Notes under the pieces: generated by a model
What the model was told of the DNA's origin: nothing
Seen by the model: only the letters and a program-made list of their open reading frames with translations
The model's database searches: none
Program-made: the position numbers and the translations under genes
Shown: one piece after another, positions 1 to 9,291 of the stretch
Layout: the number at the start of each line of letters is the position of its first letter
Numbering within the stretch: position 1 is the stretch's first letter
Assembly (NCBI GenBank): GCA_963792225.1
Contig: CAWBVM010000011.1
Location: forward strand, 37,406 to 101,405
Reading direction: 5' to 3'
Origin: Terriglobales bacterium
GTDB taxonomy: Bacteria > Acidobacteriota > Terriglobia > Terriglobales > Acidobacteriaceae
DNA: 64,000 nt

Positions 1-399
1 TGGAGTTCCCCCGCGACAGTGAGTCCAACTCCGTCGTCGTTCAACGGAGCCGGACGCGATCAATTCATGCCCTCTGTCGTGGTGGACACCACTGGGAAAC
101 TCGGCGTCTGCTATTCAGACCGCAGGAATGATCCCGCTAACATGCTCGTCGATCACTACTGCTCGATCTCGAAAGACTCAGGCATGACGTTCAAGGACAC
201 ACGGCAGTCGTCTCAGAGCTTCTTCCCAAGCCATGACAACGACGCGTTCGTGAATCCCTTCTACATGGGAGACTACGATTCTGCCGCGGCGGACCTGATG
301 GGGGTCAACCTCGGATTTTTCGATAGCTTCCAGATGCAGCCCAACGGCGATGCCGATGTCTATGGCCGTCGGGTGTCCGCCAAGGCGCACGAAGACTAG
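1..399 (+). CDS. BNR/sialidase-fold (exo-alpha-sialidase-like) protein, C-terminal fragment; 5' end outside window
   Basis: Frame 1 is open from base 1 to the TAG at 397-399. It contains a BNR-like SxDxGxTF motif (SKDSGMTF) and an 'MGDYD' tail typical of bacterial sialidase-fold proteins. A hairpin terminator follows. Confidence 0.55.
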   Translation, partial: WSSPATVSPTPSSFNGAGRDQFMPSVVVDTTGKLGVCYSDRRNDPANMLVDHYCSISKDSGMTFKDTRQSSQSFFPSHDNDAFVNPFYMGDYDSAAADLMGVNLGFFDSFQMQPNGDADVYGRRVSAKAHED

Positions 400-422
400 C
401 CCTCCAAAACACAACCAACCAG

Positions 423-455
423 AAACAGGCTGCCTCCCGGCAGCCTGTTTCATTT
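423..455 (+). terminator. Rho-independent terminator
   Basis: Perfect 12-bp stem aaacaggctgcc / ggcagcctgttt with a tccc loop, followed by cattt. It sits 24 nt after the stop at 399. Confidence 0.6.
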
Positions 456-465
456 GATCCCGCCT

Positions 466-614
466 CAATTGTCATTGGGAGGCGCACCGGGGTAGACCCG
501 CGCTGTCAGCCCGGGGATCGGTACACCGTATGAATTGTCATTGCGAGGAGCGTAGCGACGAAGCAACCCAGCGTTTGCTTTCAAACGCGCTTCAGCGCGT
601 GGCTTCAGCCGGGG
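466..614. repeat. Mosaic GC-rich intergenic repeat: partial module 466-516 plus about 83-bp module 532-614
   Basis: gaattgtcattgcgaggagcgtagcgacgaagcaa...gcgcttcagcgcgtggcttcagccgggg recurs almost verbatim at 1704-1795 (same strand) and 9805-9898 (opposite strand). It generates spurious ORFs (465..785). Confidence 0.8.
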
Positions 615-656
615 CTCGATTGACATGAACAAAATTAACCAAATATCATTCTTATC

Positions 657-1574
657 ATGACTGAAATAGATCGTATCCGGTTGAGTCGCGAAGACCACGA
701 ACTCGTCACAACGATCGCGGATGCCCAGTCGGTCACGCGTGCCGCTGAGCGCATGCATGTATCGCAATCGGCCCTCAGCCACCACCTGCGGGCCCTCGAA
801 TCAACCCTAGGATGCGAGCTATTCATCAGAGAGCCCCGTCGCATGTTGCTCACCGAGCATGGACGCAATTTCATAACTCAGTCGGCCCGCGTCCTTGCAG
901 GAATGCGTGCCGCCGACGCCGCCATCGTCGCCTCGGTCCGCACCTCTTCTCCCGTTGTCATTGTCGGCACCGAGTGCTACACCAGCTATCACTGGCTTCC
1001 GGCTTTGGCAGAAGAAGTTGGCTCCGCGATCTCTCAAGTACAACTTCGATTGAAGACGGATGCCACACGACGCGTCGTGGCCGCACTCCTTGCCGGAGAA
1101 ATCGACCTGGCAGTGCTCAACAGAACGGACCGCCACCCGGATCTCACTTACACGCGTCTCCTGACCGACGAGATCGTCCTCCTTGTCCCCGTCGCTCACG
1201 CCTTGAGCGCCAAGCGCCATGTCGTGCCCTCAGACCTGGAGGGTCAGCGTCTGGTACTGCACGAAACACATGACGGAAAGCATCCTCTACTCGACGACTT
1301 CCTGAACAATTCTGGAGTGCAGTTCAACGTAGAGCATCTGCAACTGACGGAAGCACTGGTAGAACTTGTGAAGGCAGGGCACGCGATCACCGCCCTGGCA
1401 AAATGGATGATCGGTCCTCATCTACTTGACCATCGGTTAAAGGCTCTCCGTATTGGACCGAAGGGCCTGCATAGAGACTGGCTGCTCGCCAGCCGTCGCA
1501 GCGATCCCAGAGCAAAGAAATTCGCAGAGTTGGGAGAGGCATTAGGTTCCAAGCTTCGCAAGAAGCTCAAATGA
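657..1574 (+). CDS. LysR family transcriptional regulator
   Basis: N-terminal wHTH (SVTRAAERMHVSQSALSHHLRALE) followed by a LysR substrate-binding-type domain. 305 aa. Confidence 0.9.
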   Translation: MTEIDRIRLSREDHELVTTIADAQSVTRAAERMHVSQSALSHHLRALESTLGCELFIREPRRMLLTEHGRNFITQSARVLAGMRAADAAIVASVRTSSPVVIVGTECYTSYHWLPALAEEVGSAISQVQLRLKTDATRRVVAALLAGEIDLAVLNRTDRHPDLTYTRLLTDEIVLLVPVAHALSAKRHVVPSDLEGQRLVLHETHDGKHPLLDDFLNNSGVQFNVEHLQLTEALVELVKAGHAITALAKWMIGPHLLDHRLKALRIGPKGLHRDWLLASRRSDPRAKKFAELGEALGSKLRKKLK

Positions 1575-1624
1575 AAACCGGCCCGTCTAGCATTTCTGTC
1601 TCATTAGCCGTATCCCCTCCTGTA

Positions 1625-1831
1625 GCGCAGACCCGTAGCGCCGGCTGCCAGCCGGTGGTCCGGTCCGGCGGCCCGCCGGACCGATGGATCAGCACGCTCC
1701 CCTGAATTGTCATTGCGAGGAGCGCAGCGACGAAGCAAGCCCGCGTTTGCTGTTGAACGCGCTTCAGCGCGTGGCTTCAGCCGCGGCGGAGCTGCATCCT
1801 ACCGCCCGCGTAGACCCCCGGCTTCAGCCGG
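1625..1831. repeat. Mosaic intergenic repeat cluster (three modules)
   Basis: 1625-1684 gcgcagacccgtagcgccggctgccagccgg..ggtccggcggcccgccggacc is the reverse complement of 9585-9650. 1704-1795 matches 532-614 and 9805-9898. 1810-1831 gtagacccccggcttcagccgg matches 491-516 and 9521-9545. The element creates fake ORFs 1684..1872 and 1707..1955. Confidence 0.8.
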
Positions 1832-2008
1832 AACGAACACTCCACTCTTCATTGCGAACAAAAAAAAATTAAACAAACCTCTTGCACACACCTCACCAAT
1901 CCTGCTACTCTGCTTCTCCCCGGCGTGTCCCTACAGATGCGCCGTTTCTCTTTGACAATGAAGACACACCACATCTTGGGCTAACCGAAAAGTAAACACC
2001 ATTACTTG

Positions 2009-2050
2009 GATCTACGGAGATCTACGGAGATCTTTCGGTGATCTACGGAG
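2009..2050. repeat. Tandem 10-bp repeat (about 4 units of gatctacgga)
   Basis: gatctacgga gatctacgga gatctttcggt gatctacgga read directly from the sequence, 60-100 nt upstream of the ATG at 2113. Confidence 0.85.
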
Positions 2051-2112
2051 ACTTGGGGAGGAGGGGATATCTCGGTTTACACTCCTCCAAGGGCAGGCGG
2101 TACAGTATCTCC

Positions 2113-2289
2113 ATGGAGTCTGGATTTCAGTGCGCGGGATGTGGTGAGTGGAACGAGACCGTGGTCGATCCCTCCGCCGGAGCGCTCCAGAGCTACGTAG
2201 AGGATTGTCAGGTCTGCTGCAAACCGAATGTGCTGACCGCCCGGCGCGGCACTGCCGGAGAGTTCGCGATCAGCGCTGAACTCGAGTGA
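2113..2289 (+). CDS. CPXCG motif-containing cysteine-rich mini-protein
   Basis: MESGFQCAGCGEWNETVVDPS...VEDCQVCCKPN has two Cys pairs, as in the roughly 60-aa CPXCG family. I chose the internal ATG at 2113 because the longer ORF start (2038) lies inside the tandem repeat. Confidence 0.7.
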   Translation: MESGFQCAGCGEWNETVVDPSAGALQSYVEDCQVCCKPNVLTARRGTAGEFAISAELE

Positions 2290-2310
2290 AACTCCACTGT
2301 GACTCGACCG

Positions 2311-2340
2311 AAAAAAGGAGGAGCCCCGAAAGACTCCTCC
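2311..2340 (-). terminator. Rho-independent terminator for the 2355..3488 gene
   Basis: On the minus strand: ggaggag-tctttcgggg-ctcctcc followed by tttttt. Confidence 0.6.
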
Positions 2341-2354
2341 CTCGAACACGCCGA

Positions 2355-3488
2355 TTAACGGCCAGCACCATCGTTCTCTGGAGCGCTCTTGTCTGCCGCT
2401 GCGAAGAAGCCGAAGAGCCCGTGCGACTCACCGCTTATGCCAGCAGTGAAGAATAGCCAACTGCTGGGTCCGGCTAGCTGGTCGTTGCCAAAGCGAAGCG
2501 CCCACAACCGGTCGTTCTGCAGCGCGTGTCCATTCACATCTCGCAGCAGATCATCGAAGCGGCCCGTCTCGGCGTCATAGACAGCTATTTGCCCGCTGCC
2601 TGCATTGCCGATGAGCAGGTGATTGCTGTAGAAGCCGAAGTTCCCCGCCGCCAGCGCCACGCCCCACGGAGCATTCAGCCACGGTCCGTGCTCCAGCCGA
2701 CGCAACAGCTTGCCCTTCGCCGAGAACTTGTCAACGAATCCTCTTCCGGGGAAATCGGCGTCATCGTGCTTGCTGGCATTCTGCTTCGCATACGTGACGT
2801 AAAGATCGCCATTGATCGCCTGCACATTGAACGGCGCGTATCCGGACGGAATCTCACGATCGGTGAACGCCCTCTCCTCTAGCTCGACCAGATGGAAGCT
2901 TGTGTCGTATACCTCGATCCTGCCAGACCGAAAGTTCGTGACATACAGAAAGCTGGGACCGCCAGGCGTCATCGTCGCGATCGTCGCACCCTTGTATACC
3001 GCGCCTTGGTCCGCTGTAGGTATCTTTGAGTTGTCCAGGATGAGCACTGCGTCTCCCGATCCCGGCCACGCCGAGATAGTGCCATCTTCCGTCACGAAGG
3101 TGAAGACCGCTGTGGATGTTACGCCGCTATTGCTGAAGTGGAATCCGGATGCTGCACTAAAAACCACCCCGGTCGGAGTACCCGTCCCCACCCCGGACAC
3201 GACCGGCGGGATGTTCACCACCAGTGGAATGATCGTTCCATCGTTACCGTTATAAAGTGTCGAGACGTGGCCGTTATTATCAGCGACCCACCACGGACCG
3301 CCCGCACTTGCAATCAGTCCCCATGGATTAACCAGGTGCGGATCGGGCGTGGGAGCGAGGCCCGATATGTCGGATACAAAGTTGACTTGCTGATAGGCTT
3401 GCGCGCTCCCCAGCGTACTGAAAGCAAGCAATGCTGTGAGTGCGATTAGGGATTTACGCCAAATCCTGTCGAGATTACTAAACTGCAT
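2355..3488 (-). CDS. TIGR03118-type secreted beta-propeller protein
   Basis: Signal peptide, then YQQVNFVSD...DPHLVNPWGL...PWWVADNNG, the N-terminal signature I recall for the TIGR03118 family. 377 aa. Confidence 0.8.
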   Translation of the reverse strand: MQFSNLDRIWRKSLIALTALLAFSTLGSAQAYQQVNFVSDISGLAPTPDPHLVNPWGLIASAGGPWWVADNNGHVSTLYNGNDGTIIPLVVNIPPVVSGVGTGTPTGVVFSAASGFHFSNSGVTSTAVFTFVTEDGTISAWPGSGDAVLILDNSKIPTADQGAVYKGATIATMTPGGPSFLYVTNFRSGRIEVYDTSFHLVELEERAFTDREIPSGYAPFNVQAINGDLYVTYAKQNASKHDDADFPGRGFVDKFSAKGKLLRRLEHGPWLNAPWGVALAAGNFGFYSNHLLIGNAGSGQIAVYDAETGRFDDLLRDVNGHALQNDRLWALRFGNDQLAGPSSWLFFTAGISGESHGLFGFFAAADKSAPENDGAGR

Positions 3489-3767
3489 GGCTATTCCTCC
3501 GTCAACATGCGCTTATCGGTGGCCCGCGACGATGAGCAAGAATGACGTCGGTTCCAGCCGTATCGCTCTTCGACCATACGCAGGGGCAGCAGTGGAGTTG
3601 TCAGAGTTTTGTCGCGGCACTGTAAGATTTTTGTCAGTGCTGAGCTGACCACGATGCTCTCATGTGACAGTCCGCGCCTTAGCGCCAGTGACGCAAGTAT
3701 CGCGAACAGTGCTTATCCTCATGCGATAATAAGCGGTTAGGACGTAAAACTTGGCGGGGCGGTTGGA

Positions 3768-4700
3768 TTGAAATTTCTACAGCGGGTGGCGCTCGGCGCC
3801 TTGATTCTTGTGGCCGGTTGCCATGCGCAACAAAAGAGTGCCTCGGACGCGGGAACTCTAGCGCGCGATGTACAGAAGCGGGTAGTTTCCGAGTTGCGGC
3901 AGACCCTCAGTGTTCCGCTCGACGTGAACATCGCTTTAGGCCCTCAGACTCCCAGCGAATTCGCCGGATATGACAAACTGCCTGTGACCTTCAGCCGCGG
4001 GGCGCGAGTGACCACCGTGGACTTCCTGCTTTCGAAGGATCAGAAGTCGCTCGTGCGAATGGAGAAGTACGATCTCTCCAAAGTCGCGTTGCCCGAAGAA
4101 ATCGCGAAGAAGATCGATACGCAAGGGCGTCCGGTCCGTGGTAATCCCAACGCGAAGGTAACCATAGTAAACTTCGACGACTTTCAATGCCCTTACTGCG
4201 CTCGCATGCATCAGGAGCTGTTTCCCGGCATCTTCGACCAATATAAAGACAAAATCAAAATCATCTATGTGGACTATCCACTAGCGCAGATCCATCCATG
4301 GGCGACGCACGCGGCAGTGGACGCGAATTGCCTTTTGTCGCGCGCTTCTGGCTCTGCGAATGACGATGCCTATTGGGACTTCGCAGACCGCGTACATTCC
4401 AGCCAGCAGTCCATCGGGGCGTCGCACGATGTGAAACAATCCGGAACGGAACTCGATAAGATAACTCGCGATGTCGCCACGAAGCACAGCATCAAGCTGG
4501 ATGCGCTGAATGCCTGTATCGCCAAAGATGACAAGGCGGCGGTGGATAAATCAGTAGCAAAGGGCGACGCGCTTGGAATCAGTTCAACCCCAACACTTTT
4601 CATCAACGGTGAAAAAGTCGAGGGTGCGATGCCGGAAGAGGTCGTAAAGCAGGCGATTGATCAGGCTCTGAAGGATGCAGGCGAGGGTGCGAAGCAGTAG
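3768..4700 (+). CDS. DsbA-family thioredoxin-fold lipoprotein (thiol:disulfide oxidoreductase)
   Basis: Lipobox-like LILVAGC, and a CPYC active site in VTIVNFDDFQCPYCARMH. Confidence 0.85.
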   Translation: MKFLQRVALGALILVAGCHAQQKSASDAGTLARDVQKRVVSELRQTLSVPLDVNIALGPQTPSEFAGYDKLPVTFSRGARVTTVDFLLSKDQKSLVRMEKYDLSKVALPEEIAKKIDTQGRPVRGNPNAKVTIVNFDDFQCPYCARMHQELFPGIFDQYKDKIKIIYVDYPLAQIHPWATHAAVDANCLLSRASGSANDDAYWDFADRVHSSQQSIGASHDVKQSGTELDKITRDVATKHSIKLDALNACIAKDDKAAVDKSVAKGDALGISSTPTLFINGEKVEGAMPEEVVKQAIDQALKDAGEGAKQ

Positions 4701-4720
4701 TCCGAATCAGGAGAACGGAA

Positions 4721-5761
4721 TTGTCAGTTGCAGCGAAGAAGATGATGGTCAGCCTGATGCTGGCGTCTGCAGTGCTGGCGGGATGTAACAGCCAGCCCAG
4801 CCCGGACACGCTTGCCACCGTGAATGGAAAGAAGATCTCCGGTGGGGAATTGGACAAGTATTTTCACGCTCAGACGGCAGGTTCTCCGCAACCTGCGGGG
4901 CAGAGCGGCGATGCCGTGAAACTTGCAATCTTGCAGCAGCTTATTGAGAAAGAGATCCTGCTGCAACGGGCCGACAAGATGGGGCTTACCGCGAGTGATG
5001 ATGAGGTCGAGGCCAAACTGAATGAGGTGAAATCACCCTATTCAAAGGAAGAGTTTGAGAAGAAGCTTCGAGAGCAGGGCCTCACAGCGGATGATTTCAA
5101 ACGCGACCTTCGACAGAACCTTACCATCCAGAAGCTCTTCAATAAAGAGATCACCTCTAAAATCAACATCTCAGACCCGGAAATCACACAGTTTTATAAC
5201 CAGGAGAAGGCTCAATTTAATCTGATCGAGCCGCTCTATCATTTGGCGCAGATACTGGTAACGAATCAACCGAGCTCGCAAGTCGCCAACATGAAGAACG
5301 ACAAGGCCCAAAACGATACGGACGCCAGGAAGAAGATGCAGCGCATCCAGAACATGCTAGACAGCGGCGAAGACTTCAGTATTGTTGCAATGAACTACTC
5401 CGAGCAGCCGAACACAGCATCGAGCGGTGGCGATATGGGGATGCTCCCCGAATCGCAGCTTAAGAACGAGCAGGAGATATGGAATGCCGTTAGTCGGCTG
5501 AAGCCCGGTCAATATACGGGAGTACTCCCCGTCTACGACAACAATCATCGCGCGGTCGGATACAGCATCATCAAACTCATGAGCAAAGAACCGGCGGGTC
5601 AGCGCGATTTGAGCGATCCGCGCGTGCAGCAGGATATCCGCCAGCGGTTGCGCCAAAGCAAAGAACAATTGCTCGAGGCAGCATTCCGTGACGTTTCGCA
5701 CAACGAAGCGAAGGTGCAGAATTTTTTCGCGCAAAACCTGGTCAAGAGCGCTGGCAAGTAG
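4721..5761 (+). CDS. SurA/PrsA-like peptidyl-prolyl cis-trans isomerase (parvulin type) lipoprotein
   Basis: TTG start, lipobox LAGC, SurA_N-like helical region, and a rotamase block (EDFSIVAMNYSEQPNTASSGGDMGML). Confidence 0.85.
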   Translation: MSVAAKKMMVSLMLASAVLAGCNSQPSPDTLATVNGKKISGGELDKYFHAQTAGSPQPAGQSGDAVKLAILQQLIEKEILLQRADKMGLTASDDEVEAKLNEVKSPYSKEEFEKKLREQGLTADDFKRDLRQNLTIQKLFNKEITSKINISDPEITQFYNQEKAQFNLIEPLYHLAQILVTNQPSSQVANMKNDKAQNDTDARKKMQRIQNMLDSGEDFSIVAMNYSEQPNTASSGGDMGMLPESQLKNEQEIWNAVSRLKPGQYTGVLPVYDNNHRAVGYSIIKLMSKEPAGQRDLSDPRVQQDIRQRLRQSKEQLLEAAFRDVSHNEAKVQNFFAQNLVKSAGK

Positions 5762-5763
5762 CC

Positions 5764-6750
5764 ATGCTCCGGTACGGCATTCTAGGATTCGGACTTCATG
5801 CGGAAAAGCGCTTAATGCCCGGATTTGCTTTTGCGGAGCGATCCAATCCGGTCGCCTTCTGGCGTAACAATCAGGAAAAAGCCACGGAGACGGCCTCCCG
5901 CTGGAATCTTAAGAGTTACGACTCGGTGGAAGCGCTCTGCTGTGCCGATGACGTAGATGCGATTTTTCTGACATCTCCGGATGCTCTACATCTGCAACAC
6001 GCAGAAATTGCCTTTCGTTGCGGAAAGCCAGTGCTGTGCGAGAAACCGATGGCCATGAATGCAGCGGAATGCGAACAGATAATCGCTTCCGCATCTAGCG
6101 CAGAAGTGCTGATTGCTGTAGCGCATGTCATGCGTTTTGAGCAGAGCGTGAATGTCGCACGTGAGTGGGTCGCTTCGGGTGAACTCGGGGAGGTGCTGAG
6201 CGCACGTGCTGAGTTCACATACCCCGGCTTTGACTCGTCCCGCACGTGGATCACGGACGCGTCATTGGCATGCGGCGGTCCGACAGGAGATGTAGGTGTT
6301 CACTGTTTCGATGTCCTGCGATATGTGCTGCAGAGGGAGGTTACGGGCGTGCAGGCCGTAATGCATAGTGGCAGGCACTCCGGCACTGTAGAAGCGAACG
6401 CATCCGTCACCCTCGAGTTCGGCGATGAAGCACTCGCCAACGTATTCGTAAGCACCCAGGCGCCCTATCGCACCTATCTGGAAGTCATCGGTTCGAAGTT
6501 TACCCTTGAGTCGCGCAACAGCTTCTATGTAGGTGGTGGCGTGGATGTCGTGCTTGTAGAAGAGGGCCGCGAGGTAAGACGCGAAACCTGTGATAACTCG
6601 CGGGCATATGGCATTCAGGTGGACGCATTCACTGGGGCTATCGAGGGCGAAAAACCTTTTGCATGCTCCGCAAACGATGGACTGATCAATCAGACGATCA
6701 TAGATGCCGCATATAAAAGTGCGCGGACCGGAGTAAAGATCAACCTCTAA
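5764..6750 (+). CDS. Gfo/Idh/MocA family oxidoreductase
   Basis: N-terminal Rossmann segment (YGILGFGLHA) and an EKP motif (VLCEKPMA). Starts 3 nt after the previous stop. Confidence 0.9.
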   Translation: MLRYGILGFGLHAEKRLMPGFAFAERSNPVAFWRNNQEKATETASRWNLKSYDSVEALCCADDVDAIFLTSPDALHLQHAEIAFRCGKPVLCEKPMAMNAAECEQIIASASSAEVLIAVAHVMRFEQSVNVAREWVASGELGEVLSARAEFTYPGFDSSRTWITDASLACGGPTGDVGVHCFDVLRYVLQREVTGVQAVMHSGRHSGTVEANASVTLEFGDEALANVFVSTQAPYRTYLEVIGSKFTLESRNSFYVGGGVDVVLVEEGREVRRETCDNSRAYGIQVDAFTGAIEGEKPFACSANDGLINQTIIDAAYKSARTGVKINL

Positions 6751-6762
6751 ACAGGGGGAGGA

Positions 6763-8043
6763 TTAAGCGATCAGCCGCTGCGGAACTTCTGCCCGCGATT
6801 GCAGGGCGCCGGTACGATCTTCCAGCAAAGGCCACCCTTTGCGCATCACGTATTCGAGCCACCATCCTGCCGCCTGCGAGGTCAAGACTGCGGTAAGGAT
6901 CAGCGTGGTATAGAAAGGCGCGTTGATGATGCCCGCATCGAGCGCGACCGAGGCGAGCACAATGCCAGGGCCTCCGCGCGCATTGGTGGCGACAGCAAGG
7001 TTGATGCGATCGAGCGCTCCGAATCCTGCGCCCGCGGCAGCCATCCATACGGAAGCAAGTTTCACAGCGCATGCGCCCAGCAGGAAAATCGCGAGCATCG
7101 GCCAGGAGAGCGACTTCGTAAGATCGAGCTTGTATCCCACAAGCGCGAAGTAGATGGGGATAAACACCGCGTAGCCCACGGAGTGTAAGGACGCAATAGC
7201 TTCATTTACCTTGGAGTCCCCATTAGGCACCGCCACCCCGGCGAGAAATGCCGCAAAGACGAGATTGACCCCGAGAAGCGACGCTGCACTCACATAAGCG
7301 AAGAGCACGATGATCTGCCATGCCACCGCTGAGCGTCGTGCGAAAGGGTTGATCCTGGATGCATGCAGGCGCGCCAGTAATCTGGGGAAGAGCGTTAAGC
7401 CTAATGCGAAGTAGACGAGGGTCAGTGATACCTCGAGCGCGATCGTCTTCTTGGGAACGATTCCGGACTTTGCGAGTGCCGTTGCAACTGCCAGCACTGC
7501 CCAGAGGGCAACATCTTCAAAAACAGCAACGCTGAGCACGAGTCGGGCAAAGCGTGTCTGCAGGATTCCCATATCGTGGAAGATGCGCGAAATTACCGGG
7601 ATCGAAGTCACTGCGGCCGCGATGCCGACCACCAGCACGAGCGAGATCCGGGAGTGCGCCGTGCCCATCAGGCTGTTGAAGCTCAACCAGTGCGACGAAA
7701 TCAGCAGGACCACGAAGGGAACGCCTGTTCCGACAAGCGCGAGCCACGCCACTTCGCGACGTTCTTCTGAGCGGAACAGCCGCCGTGTCTCCGCGCCTGA
7801 AAGAAACATCAGGAGGAGGAGTCCGATGTTGTAGAGCAGGTCGGAACCTGCCTTTGCCGCAGCAGTATTTAGGCCTTTAGAAAAGTGCAATAGCGATGGA
7901 CCGAGCAGGATTCCGGCGAGGATCTCACCGATTACCCGCGGCTGCCTCCATCGCACGAAAAGGTCGCCAAGCAGATGCGCCACCGCCACCAGGACCAGAG
8001 CAAACAGTATGAGAGACCCAAACTCAGCAGTGGACATAGTCAC
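6763..8043 (-). CDS. Cation:proton antiporter (CPA2/Kef-type Na+/H+ exchanger family)
   Basis: 426 aa and about 12 TM segments. The N-terminus FGSLILFALVLVAVAHLLGDLFVRWRQPRVIGEILAGILLGPS is typical of Na_H_Exchanger proteins. Confidence 0.9.
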   Translation of the reverse strand: MTMSTAEFGSLILFALVLVAVAHLLGDLFVRWRQPRVIGEILAGILLGPSLLHFSKGLNTAAAKAGSDLLYNIGLLLLMFLSGAETRRLFRSEERREVAWLALVGTGVPFVVLLISSHWLSFNSLMGTAHSRISLVLVVGIAAAVTSIPVISRIFHDMGILQTRFARLVLSVAVFEDVALWAVLAVATALAKSGIVPKKTIALEVSLTLVYFALGLTLFPRLLARLHASRINPFARRSAVAWQIIVLFAYVSAASLLGVNLVFAAFLAGVAVPNGDSKVNEAIASLHSVGYAVFIPIYFALVGYKLDLTKSLSWPMLAIFLLGACAVKLASVWMAAAGAGFGALDRINLAVATNARGGPGIVLASVALDAGIINAPFYTTLILTAVLTSQAAGWWLEYVMRKGWPLLEDRTGALQSRAEVPQRLIA

Positions 8044-8118
8044 CTACCACTTGCTCTGATGTTCGAAGGTAAGCTGCTGGCTGCTTAAGCGCCCTATTAT
8101 TTGTGCCTGGTTGTTGGG

Positions 8119-8616
8119 TTAGAAGTGCGGCTTTTGGTTCCCCTTCAGCATTTCAAGGCACTTCGCAAGACGTCGCTGTCGGGTCGCTTCCTGTTTGGCG
8201 CCGGTGATCCAGCGGACGAATTCCTTCCGATGGGTGAACGAGAGCGAATCGAAAAACACCTTTTCTTCGCGATGGCTGGGCTGGGCCAGTAATTGCCCCA
8301 AGTCTGGGGGTAGGTCGACCGTGCGTTCTTCCGTATCGGGGCGGACTGTTACGTGGACTAGATCGCCAGCTCGGATGCCCGCCGTCTCCCGCATCGACAG
8401 ATTGACAGCAAAGAAGATACGTCCATTCATGAGAAAAGTGGTGGTGCGGAAGGGGGCGCCATTGAGGGTTATGGTTACGGGCAGTCGTGTCTTGCCGAAG
8501 ACGTCCTTTGGATCGAAGGGCAGGTCGATGCCGCAGGCCTCCGAGTCAGCAGCTTTCTCGAGTTTTGCCTGGAACGCGACGCTGCCATCCGGCTGTTTCT
8601 TGTAAGGCTCCGGCAT
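8119..8616 (-). CDS. YdeI/OmpD-associated family protein (DUF1905 plus YdeI C-terminal domain)
   Basis: Starts at the internal ATG (MPEPYKK...), which overlaps the upstream stop by 1 nt (TGATG). C-terminal FDSLSFTHRKEFVRWITGAKQEATRQRRL is the YdeI signature. Confidence 0.8.
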   Translation of the reverse strand: MPEPYKKQPDGSVAFQAKLEKAADSEACGIDLPFDPKDVFGKTRLPVTITLNGAPFRTTTFLMNGRIFFAVNLSMRETAGIRAGDLVHVTVRPDTEERTVDLPPDLGQLLAQPSHREEKVFFDSLSFTHRKEFVRWITGAKQEATRQRRLAKCLEMLKGNQKPHF

Positions 8617-8972
8617 CAGCGTCCCTCGACCTCGCCTGCGATCCAGCGCAGCACCAGGTTGACCACAGCAAGCACGATCGCACCGATGAAGGCCGATCCA
8701 AAGCCGCGTATGTGAAATCCGGGTGTGATCGTCGAAGCCAGAATCAGCATGAGCGCGTTGATCACCCACCAGAAGATGCCGAGTGTGATGAACGCGAGGG
8801 GCAAGGTGATGACCTTGAGAAAAACGCCGATGGTGGCATTCACGATGCTGATCACGATAGCCGCGATAAGTGCAGCGGCAAATCCAGTCACGTAGAACCC
8901 GGGCACAAAGCGGGCAACGATCAACAGTGCAACAGCGTTCAGAAGAAGTCGGACTATCCAGTACACGCTCAC
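8616..8972 (-). CDS. 4-TM membrane protein of the Phage_holin_4_2 (DUF360) family
   Basis: WIVRLLLNAVALLIVARFVPGFYVTGF...INALMLILASTITPGFHIRGF shows the duplicated PGF(H/Y)V motif. The GTG start at 8972 is chosen by family length, so the start is uncertain (ORF extends to 9068). Confidence 0.65.
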   Translation of the reverse strand: MSVYWIVRLLLNAVALLIVARFVPGFYVTGFAAALIAAIVISIVNATIGVFLKVITLPLAFITLGIFWWVINALMLILASTITPGFHIRGFGSAFIGAIVLAVVNLVLRWIAGEVEGR

Positions 8973-9291
8973 CCTCGCTCGAAAGTTATCACAGCGGCTT
9001 GCTGACAGCTCATAGATGGTCTGTCCCCCTTCCGGTATCCCCCACTCCCTGCGAATCTCTGGAATCAATGACTTAGGCAGGGTGAATCCCAGGAGATCCC
9101 TGAAATCCCAGTAATAGTGTTTATCGATCGATTAGCCCAATAGGTAGTGGTATTCGGTTTTCAAAGAGCAAACGGCGCGTCCAATTGAGGACACGCCGTG
9201 GGAAAAACAGAGTAGCAGGATCGGGTAAGGATGGCAATAGTTTTAATGTAGTTTCGGAGTAGTTTCGGCTTCGGCTCGGGGAGGATCGGGG

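Noticed and set aside
1684-1955. ORFs 1684..1872 and 1707..1955, and likewise 465..785, 9121..9471, 9527..9736 and 9571..9858.
   Set aside because: They are translations of the dispersed intergenic repeat modules (peptides such as CHCEERSDEA and SLRGAQRRSKP). They have no RBS and overlap each other in several frames.
8616-8972. Prophage or lysis cassette suggested by the 'phage holin family' membrane protein.
   Set aside because: The Phage_holin_4_2/DUF360 family is widespread in chromosomal, non-phage contexts. There is no endolysin, terminase, capsid or integrase gene nearby.
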